35,278 nt of DNA, from positions 1 to 35,278 of IMG/VR virus record IMGVR_UViG_3300020519_000013, one strand, 5' to 3'. Under the pieces are notes generated by a model. The model was given only the letters and a program-made list of their open reading frames with translations. It made no database searches and was not told the DNA's origin. The stretch is from a virus. Its lineage: Duplodnaviria > Caudoviricetes. Positions 8,089 to 19,300 of the stretch are shown in pieces (within the stretch, counting starts at the first letter, position 1; each line of letters begins with the position of its first letter). A program made the translations under genes and the position numbers.

Positions 8089-10839
8089 TTAAGATTTACC
8101 AGCTAAATTAAAAATATTCGGTAATTTATAAACATATGCATTAGATTTAAGATCTAATTCTGTGACCAAGCTTCCCGCAAATAAATTTAAATAAGAGTTA
8201 GTTAAATAATTATTAACTTGCTGTCTTTCTGAAGCAGTTATAGTCCTACTATAAAATAAAATATCAAAATAATTAATATAAAAAGATGATGAATTGATCA
8301 ACTTGAATGTAGTTGAATTTAAATTCGTTATTAAATTAGCAGTTGAAGACAATATGTTGCTAGGACCACCTAACGAATTTGTTGTTTTTAATAAAATGCC
8401 GTTAACATAAATATAATAAGTATCTGAATATCTAGAAATATTTATTATAAAAGGCCTAAAACTTCCACTTCCACTTAAAGGTTTCGATATTTTTTGAATA
8501 TCTTTTGTAGCTATTCCTGTAAAAGCAAAATTTGTCATCGAAGATTCGTCTTTTTGATTGACCAATGGCAATAATTTAAAATCAAATATTAGATCATCTT
8601 TTGATGTATAAGTTGTCTGATTTTCTGTAAGCCTAAAAACTGAAATTTGATTTTTGACTGTATTAGTTGCGGAACTAGTTAAAGTCCAGTCAAATAATTT
8701 TGCAACAGTATTTGTTCCTTGATTCAAAGTTATACTATCGAAAGCGCAAACAAAAAACACATCAAAATTTTTGCAATTTTTATTAATTGAACTTGAAAAA
8801 TCAATGTGAATATCTTTATTTTGTTTTAATCTTAAAGCCTTATATGATAAACTTTCAAAATTAGAAACATAATCGCCAGCATTAGTACTAGATAAAGTAT
8901 ATAAACTTGGACTAGCTGATGTTCCCCCTGTCCAATTTGTTGCGCTATTAAGTCCATTATTTGCAAATCTAAAAATATAATCAGTTGGTATAAATGAAGA
9001 ATTAGCGATAAATAATTTTACATAACTTTCCGATAATGATTCGACAAGGTATCCCGGCTGACGATTTTCAGTTAAATTATTTATTGGTAAAAATTCATAA
9101 CGATAATTACTAATTTGATCTCCATAAAAATCAACGCCCAAACTAGGTGGTGCGCTATTTATAACAGTAGAAAATAAATATTCATTTGTTTCTTTATTTA
9201 AATCTGCTTTTCTATTTAAAAAAATGCTTTTATTGAATCCTACTTCTCCCCAGTAAGGAAAAGCAGAAGACACAGTGCTTGATTTAATAGATCCACCAAA
9301 ATTATTTCTATAATAAACGTTCCAATTTATATATAAATTATTGTTAGATAAATTTCCATTTACTGGAAAATACATTGGATACATAGAATTATCTTGTGTA
9401 TCTGATGATTGAAATCCTAAAAATTGAAAAGATGAAGCCCCATTACCTCCTACAATATGAATACCAGCTTTAGTACCTCCACCTCCAGAATAAATTCTAG
9501 AACCAACTTGCGAATGGATTTTATATTTTATATCTTTTCTTATTCCTTGAATTTGATTGTTGCTTTGTAATTTCAATGAAATAGCTGGTCCCCCATTTGA
9601 AGTATCATATATTTCTTTTTGATTCGTGTTATTATAAGCTTGAGTTGTATTATTTTGCTGTGTAGTTATATCTTGCGTAAAATTATAATATTCCCAAGTA
9701 AAATTTCCTTGCGCTTTATTAGTTTGTATATTATTATTAAATTTAACTTTACCACCTTTCCCATGTTGACCCGCTATAACCGTACTAGTAGGAACATATA
9801 TATTAACAACAGTATCATTATTCGGCAGCAAAGTGGTAGAACCAGTAAAATTTAAATAAACACCATCTAATTTAATGGCTGGCAAAGCAGTATTATCAGA
9901 TCTAAAAATAGAATTTTCTGGTAAATATATATTTATACCAGAATAAAAAGACATATCTGCACTGCTGCCAACCAAACTTAATATTTTTGAATCTAAATCA
10001 TACATTGATGTATATTGATTAGCTTCTATATATACATTTAGTGGTTGTTTTTCTATTTTTATTGCAACAGGAGTCCCAGAATATCCAACAGCTATTTCTG
10101 ATGGTAAACCATCGGTTTTAGAATTTACTCCAGAAGCGTATACGCTAACGCCTGTATTATTAACAGTACATGTATATAATCTTGCATAATAAGGTGTATC
10201 TAATGCTAATGAAGACAAATCATTTTTCGTTATTGACGTGAAAATATCTTCATCATTAAAACCATAATAACTAGCATACTTAGGATTTAAATTTGTATTT
10301 GATGAGATATTTATTTCTTTTGTATATAACAATGGATCAAAATCTGAATCGCTAGACAATTGCAAATTATATCCAGTAATAAAATAATTATGTAAATTAT
10401 CTCCAGTTATTCCAGTTGGATGTTTCCAATAAAAATTAAATTTTGGACCATCATTAGCGGAAAAACTTCCAACCACCCTAAATGATCTTGGGTTTCCGCC
10501 TGTTATATTGATGATACTACGACCAGTAGCTTTAATTGTTATAACTCCGCTTGGATCAAGTGAATTATCTTCAACCGATACAGAGTTTATAGTTATATCA
10601 GAAATTTCATCTTGCGCCAAACCTTCTATTGTAGGTTTATAAAAGATATCAAATACGCCAGAATTGCTTGGATATAAACTAACTGAAGAACTAGATAAAG
10701 AAAAATTGGTAGAATTAGTGACCGCAAAAGAATAAAGAACTTCAGAATTACCATCATTTATAACAGTAACTGGAAAATGAATTCCAAAACCAGTTAAACA
10801 ATTTCCCACGTTAACTCCTGTAATATTTGTATATGTCAT
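8089..10839 (-). CDS. Virion structural / fibre-like protein (Ig/FN3-like N-terminus, Gly-rich middle, LamG-like C-terminus)
   Basis: Beta-rich S/T/N composition; 'YYARLY' FN3-like strand, 'IAGQHGKGG'/'YSGGGG' Gly-rich motifs, C-terminal 'IYVNG...DILFYSRTITASERQQVNNYL' LamG-like ending; inside the tail operon. Confidence 0.55.
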   Translation of the reverse strand: MTYTNITGVNVGNCLTGFGIHFPVTVINDGNSEVLYSFAVTNSTNFSLSSSSVSLYPSNSGVFDIFYKPTIEGLAQDEISDITINSVSVEDNSLDPSGVITIKATGRSIINITGGNPRSFRVVGSFSANDGPKFNFYWKHPTGITGDNLHNYFITGYNLQLSSDSDFDPLLYTKEINISSNTNLNPKYASYYGFNDEDIFTSITKNDLSSLALDTPYYARLYTCTVNNTGVSVYASGVNSKTDGLPSEIAVGYSGTPVAIKIEKQPLNVYIEANQYTSMYDLDSKILSLVGSSADMSFYSGINIYLPENSIFRSDNTALPAIKLDGVYLNFTGSTTLLPNNDTVVNIYVPTSTVIAGQHGKGGKVKFNNNIQTNKAQGNFTWEYYNFTQDITTQQNNTTQAYNNTNQKEIYDTSNGGPAISLKLQSNNQIQGIRKDIKYKIHSQVGSRIYSGGGGTKAGIHIVGGNGASSFQFLGFQSSDTQDNSMYPMYFPVNGNLSNNNLYINWNVYYRNNFGGSIKSSTVSSAFPYWGEVGFNKSIFLNRKADLNKETNEYLFSTVINSAPPSLGVDFYGDQISNYRYEFLPINNLTENRQPGYLVESLSESYVKLFIANSSFIPTDYIFRFANNGLNSATNWTGGTSASPSLYTLSSTNAGDYVSNFESLSYKALRLKQNKDIHIDFSSSINKNCKNFDVFFVCAFDSITLNQGTNTVAKLFDWTLTSSATNTVKNQISVFRLTENQTTYTSKDDLIFDFKLLPLVNQKDESSMTNFAFTGIATKDIQKISKPLSGSGSFRPFIINISRYSDTYYIYVNGILLKTTNSLGGPSNILSSTANLITNLNSTTFKLINSSSFYINYFDILFYSRTITASERQQVNNYLTNSYLNLFAGSLVTELDLKSNAYVYKLPNIFNLAGKS

Positions 10840-12836
10840 AACGATAGTAAAGTATTGAAATATATATCAGAAGCGGTTTTTCCCTTAAACTCTAAAAATT
10901 TAACAGATATATCGTGATTGTCTTTGAATTTATATGTGTGATTCCACTCTGGACAATAAACAGTTATATTTTTATTATAAGGTTCTGGTAGAATAAATTC
11001 AAACAATTTAAAACCACAATGAGCATCTAAAAATTTTAAAATAGCAATAGCTTCTTTATCAGAACGCCCATTAAAAGTTAAAGAAAGATCTAAAATATTT
11101 TTATTTATACCATCTTGTTCAAAAGTAACGGACGTTAACTCATATTCATTTTTTAAAAATCTGGGCTTTATAGGTATAGAAAAATCAAGATCTGGTTTAA
11201 AATAAAAATCTCTTGTAAATAAACTATTTGATCCTGTTGGGCTTTGTTCCGAAGTTACTAAAGTTGGATTTTGTCCCGTGAACCAATAATAACCACCTTC
11301 TAATGATGAGCTTTTATAATAAACAACATCATTATAATTGTAAACTTTAGCGAAATCGAAAAATCTTATAACTTCTTCATTTGTAACTAAATATCCTTTA
11401 TAATCTAAGCTTGAATCGTAGGCTGTCGTACAATTTATTGTTATATTATTAATATTTGAATCAACGCATTTTTGATCTAAGTTTTCGAAATAAATTTTTG
11501 CATTATCCTTGTAAGGATAAAATAAATCCATCTCGACATTTTCATAAGAAGATGTTAGCGTTAATGGCTGATATTCAAAACTGTTTTGAAAAAAACCGAT
11601 TAAAGAATTTGCCTGTTTGTCCGTCAATCCATTATAACTCAAAGTAAAATTAGTAATAATATTATTAATATTTGGTATAACATTTGTATAATAACCGTCT
11701 CCATAATTTGCTTTTATAGCTTTTGTTGAAAAACTGGCAGAGCAACCATATGTTTTATTAAAAATAAAATCGATATCTTTTGTAAGATTTAAAGCGCCAG
11801 TTAAATTTATCGGACTGTATTGATAAGACGAAGCTGTAAAATCATCTTTAGCTATATATAAATTATCAGAATTTAAAAAATGTTTTTTAAATAAATATTT
11901 TTCTAAACCAGTTATTTGTTCGTTTGTTGGTAGCGCACTGTATCCGAGTATTTCATTTATTGAAATATTGCTAGCATCATAATTATAAACAGCACCAGCA
12001 GGGACAACTCCATGAAAATTACCAGCGGTTCCTATTCTTAAGCTAGCGCAACCACTTGCAAAATTTGTAGTTGTTATATTTAAAATTTCTTGACCATTGT
12101 TTCTTAATATTAAATTATTAGTGGTGTTATCTTTAACTATGGAAATTATATTTTTATTCAATAAATCTGCTGAAGAAAAAGCTGAATTTAAAGATGAAGC
12201 TGTCGGATATAAATTTGCTGGATTACTATCCATAACAAATTCTTGAGATTTAGCTAAAACATTAGAGTTGATAATATTATCAGAATTATTTCCATAAACA
12301 CCTAAATAACCAGTAGATGCAGTTGAAATATTTTTTTCATCTGTATTTATTATCGTTGCGTAATTAGCATAATAACCTTGAGGAGTAGTTAAATTACCTG
12401 ATCTTAAACTATCAAATTCATAAACAATAAACCAACATCTATCTCCAGTTAAAAAACCAGAAAAATTTGGAGAAGTAGGATGAGTATATAATTGATTAAG
12501 AGTTCCTATATCAGCATTAGCTTCAAAAACTACAGCGTTTTTATCTTGACTGTATTTCGGTCTAGTATTATCAGACGTATCAAAATTATATAAATTTTCA
12601 GCAGAATGACCTGGAGCAGAATTATACCAAGCAGAGATCTTTCCAGAACTATCAAATTCTAAATTATTTAAATTATCTAAATTAAACCATGCAAATAGAC
12701 CTGACAAATCTTTTGGATAAATTGCATTACCAGTATAATACTGAAAATCAACCAAATCATATTGATCGTATGAAGCTCCAGCATAAAAATTTTTAATCCC
12801 AGTAACTGAAAATTGCGTATCTAAAAATTTACTCAT
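10836..12836 (-). CDS. gpM-like minor tail (distal tail) protein, duplicated gpM domain with LamG-like insertion
   Basis: Two gpM-like units: 'NYGDGYY...NINN...LSYNGLTDKQANSLIGFF' and 'EQDGINKN...LTFNGRSDKEAIAILKFLDAHCG..FEFILPEPY...CPEW'. Lectin-like insert from 'LSGLFAWF' to 'EILGYSALPTNEQITGLEKYL'. Confidence 0.75.
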   Translation of the reverse strand: MSKFLDTQFSVTGIKNFYAGASYDQYDLVDFQYYTGNAIYPKDLSGLFAWFNLDNLNNLEFDSSGKISAWYNSAPGHSAENLYNFDTSDNTRPKYSQDKNAVVFEANADIGTLNQLYTHPTSPNFSGFLTGDRCWFIVYEFDSLRSGNLTTPQGYYANYATIINTDEKNISTASTGYLGVYGNNSDNIINSNVLAKSQEFVMDSNPANLYPTASSLNSAFSSADLLNKNIISIVKDNTTNNLILRNNGQEILNITTTNFASGCASLRIGTAGNFHGVVPAGAVYNYDASNISINEILGYSALPTNEQITGLEKYLFKKHFLNSDNLYIAKDDFTASSYQYSPINLTGALNLTKDIDFIFNKTYGCSASFSTKAIKANYGDGYYTNVIPNINNIITNFTLSYNGLTDKQANSLIGFFQNSFEYQPLTLTSSYENVEMDLFYPYKDNAKIYFENLDQKCVDSNINNITINCTTAYDSSLDYKGYLVTNEEVIRFFDFAKVYNYNDVVYYKSSSLEGGYYWFTGQNPTLVTSEQSPTGSNSLFTRDFYFKPDLDFSIPIKPRFLKNEYELTSVTFEQDGINKNILDLSLTFNGRSDKEAIAILKFLDAHCGFKLFEFILPEPYNKNITVYCPEWNHTYKFKDNHDISVKFLEFKGKTASDIYFNTLLSL

Positions 12837-13639
12837 AATGTATTTCTAAGTGGTGCTAAACGTTGTGTTATCGCTAAAGAACTTTGTAATAAACCATCTG
12901 TTGTTACATTGAAAGAACGAGATTCGATAACTCCAGAAATATTAAAAGTTTTCAAAAGATTAGAACTATAATCTTTTAAATATAATTCGCAATTAGTTGT
13001 CGTTCCTTGTATTTCTAAAACGTTTGATTTTTTTGGAAAATTGCCCTCAACAGAAATTGATTTCATTTTATTAGTTTTAGCAACTCTAAAAGGTGTTATC
13101 TGATCATTTGCAAAAAAAGGAATTCTATCCACAGATTCTGAATAATTAAAATTAAATATTTCTGAAAAACCAAAAACTTTATTTGTATCAATCAAATATG
13201 TATTATTAGCGTGTGATATTTCTGATAAGCTAGGATTTCTATTTGAATAAAATGGTCGCATATCAGTTGTACTATTCGTCGAATTTAATTTCCCATACCA
13301 GTCAAAGTTAGCTTTTAAAAGAATTGGTGAAAAATTTGATACATTAAAAGATATAGATTTTAAATAACAATCTGTTATTTTAACACCAGCAAAAATGCAT
13401 TCAATTGAAGACTCTAAATTTGAAGTTGGTTCTAGAAATGAAGGCAAAGATCCAGTTAAATAAAAATCTGTATCCAAAGATCCAACGATAGTATTTTCTG
13501 GCGCATATCTTAATAAAGATCCATCCGATAAAAGAATTGGCGAAATATTAGTATTCAATGAAAGCTGCACAGATTTCGAATAAAAAATATCATTATTAAT
13601 TCGAAAATCTATATTTTCATATTTTATATATTTACTCAT
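12833..13639 (-). CDS. Putative tail-tube-fold minor tail protein
   Basis: Alternating beta-strand pattern resembling the 304-aa and 445-aa proteins ('CYLKSISFNV', 'FNFNYSESVDRIP'); start/stop coupled within the tail operon. Confidence 0.5.
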   Translation of the reverse strand: MSKYIKYENIDFRINNDIFYSKSVQLSLNTNISPILLSDGSLLRYAPENTIVGSLDTDFYLTGSLPSFLEPTSNLESSIECIFAGVKITDCYLKSISFNVSNFSPILLKANFDWYGKLNSTNSTTDMRPFYSNRNPSLSEISHANNTYLIDTNKVFGFSEIFNFNYSESVDRIPFFANDQITPFRVAKTNKMKSISVEGNFPKKSNVLEIQGTTTNCELYLKDYSSNLLKTFNISGVIESRSFNVTTDGLLQSSLAITQRLAPLRNTL

Positions 13640-15435
13640 TAAGTTATAGTATATGCAATTGTTGAAACTACTGTAAAATCAACTGCTGTGCTTTTACCGC
13701 CAGTTGGTTCACATAATCTAAATTGTAAAAGTTGACCTGAATTAAAACTGGTTGATCCACTTATATTTGCTTTAGTTTTTGAATATATAACATTTGGATT
13801 TATAGTGTCAAAATAGCTTGCACCAATTATACCACTAGTAGGATAAGCTATAGGATCACTTGGTGGACTTACATAAAAACCCGTAACAAATTCACTTGGA
13901 ACCGCAGGATTATAAGTTGGAGTAATTACCGATATCTCAAATCTATATGAGCTTGATAATGCATCAGTATCCGAAGTAAAAATAGAAACTTTTTCTACAG
14001 AACCTGCATATGGAGTTATTGTAAAAGGAGCATGTAAATAATTATTTCCGCTTGGAATTATATCAGAATTAGGATTAATTGCGCTAAAATAAACATCAAA
14101 ACCAGTTACTCTAGTTTGATATGTTTGAATAAATTTCCCTTTACAATAACTATCACTACTAGTATAACTTCCATCAATATCTAAACTACCTGCTGGACTT
14201 AATTTTGCAACTACATCAGGAGAGATTCCACCATAACCATTTTTTACAAAAACAAAATAATCATTTAATGATGTAAATGTAGTATCATTATATAGATTAC
14301 CAATAGACCATTTTTGAGTATCAGGAGTGGCATCATATCTTGAAAATGTAACTAAACTATTTCTTGGTCCAGTATCGCCACCGCCAAAAGCTTTGTTACA
14401 AGCAATAACTACTTGACAATACCCTTGCGTATCCGTATTTTGAAATGAAGCTGGTGTACTATCAGTAGGATCTGTAGTTCTAACATCTAATTTATAAGTA
14501 GGCCCTGTAGTACCTAAACCAAGAAATCCGCTACCTGCAATAGAATATACTAAATTCTTTTCACTCAACGAACTTTCTGATCCAAAATATATTTTATTAG
14601 ACTGCATTCCATAATATGAAGTTGCAGTACTATTTTTATAACTTGCGTAAGACTGAGCGTTACTAGATTGAAATCTAGCTAATTGACCTATGCCACTGAG
14701 ATGCAATAAATATGCTGGAATATTATGTCCTATTCCAATTTTTGGCGCACTAACATTATTATCAACATATATTGCATTATATCCTATATTTACATCAGCA
14801 ATATTATTATAATTTAATAACAAAGGTTCATCGACAGCATTTGTTTTTATTTCTCCATTATAAGAATCAAAAATTAAAGCATTTCCAGAATTTTGAAATT
14901 CGACTAATTCTCCGCTAACTAAAAATTTTCTATTTAACGCTCCCGTATTATTTGTAATTGCAAAATTTCCACTTTGATCAATAACGAACAAATTTGAAAA
15001 GCTAGATCCACCATTAGTTGAAGATTCTAAATATAACTTAGTATCATTAGGTTTTTTGCTAAATTCATAATAAACATTTGGATCTGTTAAAGAAAAAGCT
15101 ATCTTTCTACCAGAATCTAATGTAGTTAATCTAATTTGTCCAGATCCATTTGTTGAAGTTAAATTGTCGTAAACATCAAAAGAAACGACTGGAGATCTTT
15201 GATTTATACCTACAAATCCATATCCGCCACTTATTGATAAACCATAATTTTCAGTATTTTCAAAGATAGTGAATCCTTCGGATGTTTGTGCGTAAAAACC
15301 TGTAAAAGCTTTTGAAATTTCTTCAGCGGTTATCTTATTATTATTGGTGGATGTCGAATCTGATATAAAAAATATATCACTTGAAACAACGTTTGATCCT
15401 AGTTTTGCTGGAAATGAAGCTAATGGTGTACTCAT
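13639..15435 (-). CDS. Putative tail fibre/spike protein
   Basis: Repeated 'VGINQRSP..SFDV', 'IGIGHNIP..LLHL' and 'LGLGTTGP..KLDV' motifs typical of trimeric beta-rich fibres; no S74 chaperone domain seen. Confidence 0.6.
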   Translation of the reverse strand: MSTPLASFPAKLGSNVVSSDIFFISDSTSTNNNKITAEEISKAFTGFYAQTSEGFTIFENTENYGLSISGGYGFVGINQRSPVVSFDVYDNLTSTNGSGQIRLTTLDSGRKIAFSLTDPNVYYEFSKKPNDTKLYLESSTNGGSSFSNLFVIDQSGNFAITNNTGALNRKFLVSGELVEFQNSGNALIFDSYNGEIKTNAVDEPLLLNYNNIADVNIGYNAIYVDNNVSAPKIGIGHNIPAYLLHLSGIGQLARFQSSNAQSYASYKNSTATSYYGMQSNKIYFGSESSLSEKNLVYSIAGSGFLGLGTTGPTYKLDVRTTDPTDSTPASFQNTDTQGYCQVVIACNKAFGGGDTGPRNSLVTFSRYDATPDTQKWSIGNLYNDTTFTSLNDYFVFVKNGYGGISPDVVAKLSPAGSLDIDGSYTSSDSYCKGKFIQTYQTRVTGFDVYFSAINPNSDIIPSGNNYLHAPFTITPYAGSVEKVSIFTSDTDALSSSYRFEISVITPTYNPAVPSEFVTGFYVSPPSDPIAYPTSGIIGASYFDTINPNVIYSKTKANISGSTSFNSGQLLQFRLCEPTGGKSTAVDFTVVSTIAYTIT

Positions 15436-15436
15436 A

Positions 15437-16351
15437 TTAACTATTTAGATAACCTTTATAACTTAAATTTACACTTAAAACATCGTCTGCTGATGTATTA
15501 AATTGCTGTGATACGAGTTTAACATTAGAAAAACTTTGATTAAAAATTGTAACCCCATTGTTTGCATTGAATCCTTCTATATCACTGGTTACTAAAGAAG
15601 TGTTCTGGAAAACTTTTCCTTTTATAACTATATTAAAATTTGTATCTGTATCATTAGTTAATATATTATATAATGATCTGCTTTGATAATCGTCTACTTC
15701 TAATGTGAAATTAGCATCAATTTCTATTGGAACATTTAATAATACTTCGCTTGGAATATAATTTGGAATCGGTGTCGTTGGTCCCGTTGGTCCAGAAAAA
15801 GAAACTCCACTTTGGTTCAAAGTATATACTGGTTGTTTTTGACAATTTATAGAATAATCAAAACTAGTTATCCTATTTGAAGAAGATCCGCTACAAGTCA
15901 ACACGATATCTTTAACTTGTGGCACGAATAACTCTGGTGGCTTGAAATTACCTGACGCATCTAAGCTTGGACCTAAGTCTCCATAAACTATTATATCCGC
16001 TGTTGTTGAAGGCACTTCACCAACCGAACACGATAAAGAAAAAGCATTTAAATAACCAGATAAAAAACCTAATTTTTTACCATTATAGTTTATACTTCCT
16101 TTAAAAGATTTAGCAGTTTTATTGGCATTTTCTCCAGTAAAAGGTAAAAAAGGATCATTATATAATAAATATTTAGCAATAGAAAAATTAGCAACCGGCA
16201 CTTCAGCAATTACTTGTTTATTGTATCCAACACCTATTGTTTTAATAGGTTCATAATTTATATTATAACTTCCATTAATAGATGTTATTCCAGAAATGGT
16301 TGTATTATTCAAATAAAATATATTTTCGTAATTAAGTAATGCGCTTTTCAT
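15437..16351 (-). CDS. Tail-tube-like minor tail protein (paralogue of the 445-aa tube protein)
   Basis: 'SGYLNAFSLSCSVGEVPSTTADI' aligns by eye with tube 'NGFISEYSFEASVGAIPTASVTV', and 'VPIEIDANFTLEVDDYQSRSLYNIL' with 'VPINMDVSISAIVSELQDKNLFDSL'; immediately downstream of the TMP. Confidence 0.6.
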   Translation of the reverse strand: MKSALLNYENIFYLNNTTISGITSINGSYNINYEPIKTIGVGYNKQVIAEVPVANFSIAKYLLYNDPFLPFTGENANKTAKSFKGSINYNGKKLGFLSGYLNAFSLSCSVGEVPSTTADIIVYGDLGPSLDASGNFKPPELFVPQVKDIVLTCSGSSSNRITSFDYSINCQKQPVYTLNQSGVSFSGPTGPTTPIPNYIPSEVLLNVPIEIDANFTLEVDDYQSRSLYNILTNDTDTNFNIVIKGKVFQNTSLVTSDIEGFNANNGVTIFNQSFSNVKLVSQQFNTSADDVLSVNLSYKGYLNS

Positions 16352-16352
16352 T

Positions 16353-19300
16353 TTAATTTCTTATTCCTGCTAGCGAACCACCAAATTGCTTTTCTTTTCT
16401 TATAACCTCAGTAACTACAGCATACATTTTAGCATTTAAGTTTTTAGAAAGCTCAACATCTTGTTGTTGATAACTTGTAGTATTTGCGCCCATTTTTATA
16501 GTTCCGTCTCTTTGAACCGTTGTATTAAAATTAAACGAATTATTAGCATTCGTATTATTATTGACTGTAGAGCTGTTATTTCCAGCTGCCATTATAGAAG
16601 AACCGCCGCCTTGCATACCAGTTCCATATTTTTTAACTATTGTTGAATCATATAATCCACCTTCCATATAACCAGGAATCGTATCAGACAAACGAGAACC
16701 AATCAAACCGCCAGTTTGTCTTCTAAAGGGCTTAGAAACAGTAGATCCAAATCTTTGATACCAAGTTGGACCAACTGATGGACCAGAAAACAAAGCTTTA
16801 AATCCTGTTTGAGGAACTCCCCCAGTATAAACTCCAGTTGGACTTAGTAAACCTTTATCCATCAATCCTCTAATCGAACCCGATTCAGCCTGAGTTAATG
16901 GTGCGCTAGTTTGTAATTTAGCTGACAAATTTTGAGCTTTTGTAGCTTGTGCATTTGATCTTACATTTGAAACTCCTGCTCCTATAGCTATAGTCGCAGC
17001 AGCAGCAACTAATTGACCAATCATTGCTGCTCTTTGTTGCCTTTGTGCAAATCTTCGTTTTCTATCTTCTTCCATTTTCTGCTTTTGAGCATCTGATAAT
17101 TCTTTATATAAAGGACTATTATCTAGTCCTTCACTAGTCATATATTTTTCCATATTGGCAACAGTGTCTTGATCAGATCTAGAAGATGCTAAATCAAAAC
17201 CAAATGAACCTCCAGAAGCGAAACGAGGGGCAGCGCTAAAATTAAGAGTATCTAAAGCAGCAGGACCGCCCATTGCCATGACAGCATTTCTATTTAATAC
17301 ATATTCACCATTCTCAAGCAATGCTGGATATTTATCTCCAGAACCAGTTCCAGAAATATACATTCCAGATTGTGCGCGTATCGCACCGCCTTTTTGTGCT
17401 GTAAATAAATTTTCAAAACCAAAACCGCCAAGAATCTTTCGCGTACCTGCTTGCATTAATGTCGTACTTATGGAATCTAAGAAATTCGCAGCAATACCCA
17501 ACAAAGCGTCACTAAGATTATTTGACTCCTTTATAGCAGCTTTTATTCCATTAACCATACCATCGGCAAACATACCTGGAAGATCTCTTCCAAGTTTTGC
17601 CACCATTAAATCACCTTCATCATTTAAAGATGACAATCCAGCTCGTAATTGCAAGTTAAAGCTTCTAGCTTCTTGCAATCTTTTTATTTCAAGAGAATAT
17701 ACAAAATTAGCTGTTTTTTCATCTTCTTCGTTTTTCTTCTTCGATATAGCGGCAACGCTTTTTGCTTTTTCTATGTCTCTCAACGCTTGTTCGTTGTCTG
17801 CATTTAGAAAATTATTTTTATTTTTAATAAAATTTTCCAAAGCTTGAGCGCGGCTTTCAAAAGGTATAGTTGTGTCTTCTAAATTTTTACTTAAATTTTG
17901 CAAATTCAATAATGGCTCACCTGCATTTGTAGTTTTATTTAATCCTGCGGCGATGCTTACTAAATTTACATCTGATCTGATATTCTCTCTACGAAACGAT
18001 TCTTGTCTATTAAATCTTTCTGATTCAAAACGCTGTCTCGCAGCCTCAAAAGGCTTACCAAAAATTTCTGTTCGCTTGATAGCTTCCTCTCTTCCAATTT
18101 TACTTCTTTCATATATACCTTCAACATCAATTTGCTTTAAATCCATCATGTTATTGAATTTGATAAAAGCTGCTTCGATATTTTTTCTTATACGCGTAAA
18201 ATCTAGAACACCAACACCCAAACCATCTGCTAATTTTTTTGAATTTTCTCTAAGTTTCGATAATCCATCCACAAATTTTGAAAAATTTGTCAAAATATAT
18301 TGACCTTTAAATTCTCCTGTTTCTGAAAATTTTCTAAAAATCGCGCTTAATTGAGAAGCTTCTTCAAGAAGATCGTTTCTATTACTTTCTACATACGACA
18401 TCATGTACTCTATTTCTTTGTCTCTTTCTCTCGCGCTAGGTTGAGATGCTATTCTTTTTGCAAAATTTTGGATCACCTCGTCGCCTTTAAATTTTTCAAA
18501 AAAATCTATAGATTTAGCACCACCAGCATTCATATATTCACCAATAATTTTTTCCATATCAAACTGTCTAATCGTTCTTGTTCCCATTTCTGATTGAACT
18601 CGTCCTTTCAATTCTTTTCCTTTTGCAAGTAAAGAAGCGATAGCTTTACCCGTTTCACCATTAGCTCCTCCAAGAGCTTCGGTCATTACACCCGCACTTG
18701 CTAAAAACATGTTTAATTTTCCTAATGTTGCTTTAGTATTAATTTTTTGTATAGCGTTGTTAAATTCACTATCTAACACCCTTTGATTCATTTGTTTATC
18801 GTACAAAGCGTTATGTGCTGCCGCTTTTTCATGTGGATCTCGAAATGGATTTAAATTTTTTATACCTTCCAACATTACTTCTGCTTCCAAAGCTATTTTA
18901 CGCGTTATATGCATAAATATAAGCGCTATTTTATCTATTCCAGAAGTAAGATAATCAAAAAAACCTGTAAAACCTTTATTTAAATATTCTATTGTTTTTG
19001 AGAATGGAATGTCTTTTAATACACTTGTCATCAATGTTTTAATTCCATCTCCCAAGAAAACAAAAGCCGCTGAAACGTCTTCTGTAAAATTTAAAATTGT
19101 TTCAGATAAACTTTGAATTATTCTATCCATCATTGAAACTTCTTTACTTCCTGTAGAAAGTTTTTCAGCAGCGGATAAAGCGCTTACTTGAGAATCTGCT
19201 TTTCTATTTATCTCTAATATTGCATTTTCTAAACTTTTTAAATCAACTGGACTACCATCAGTTGGAATCAAATTTTTAAGATTTGATGTCGTTATTCCAT

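Noticed and set aside
1209-11647. Short plus-strand ORFs at 1209, 2111, 4570, 9619 and 11456
   Set aside because: Fully overlapped by long minus-strand tail genes, including the untracked 1-2559 ORF.
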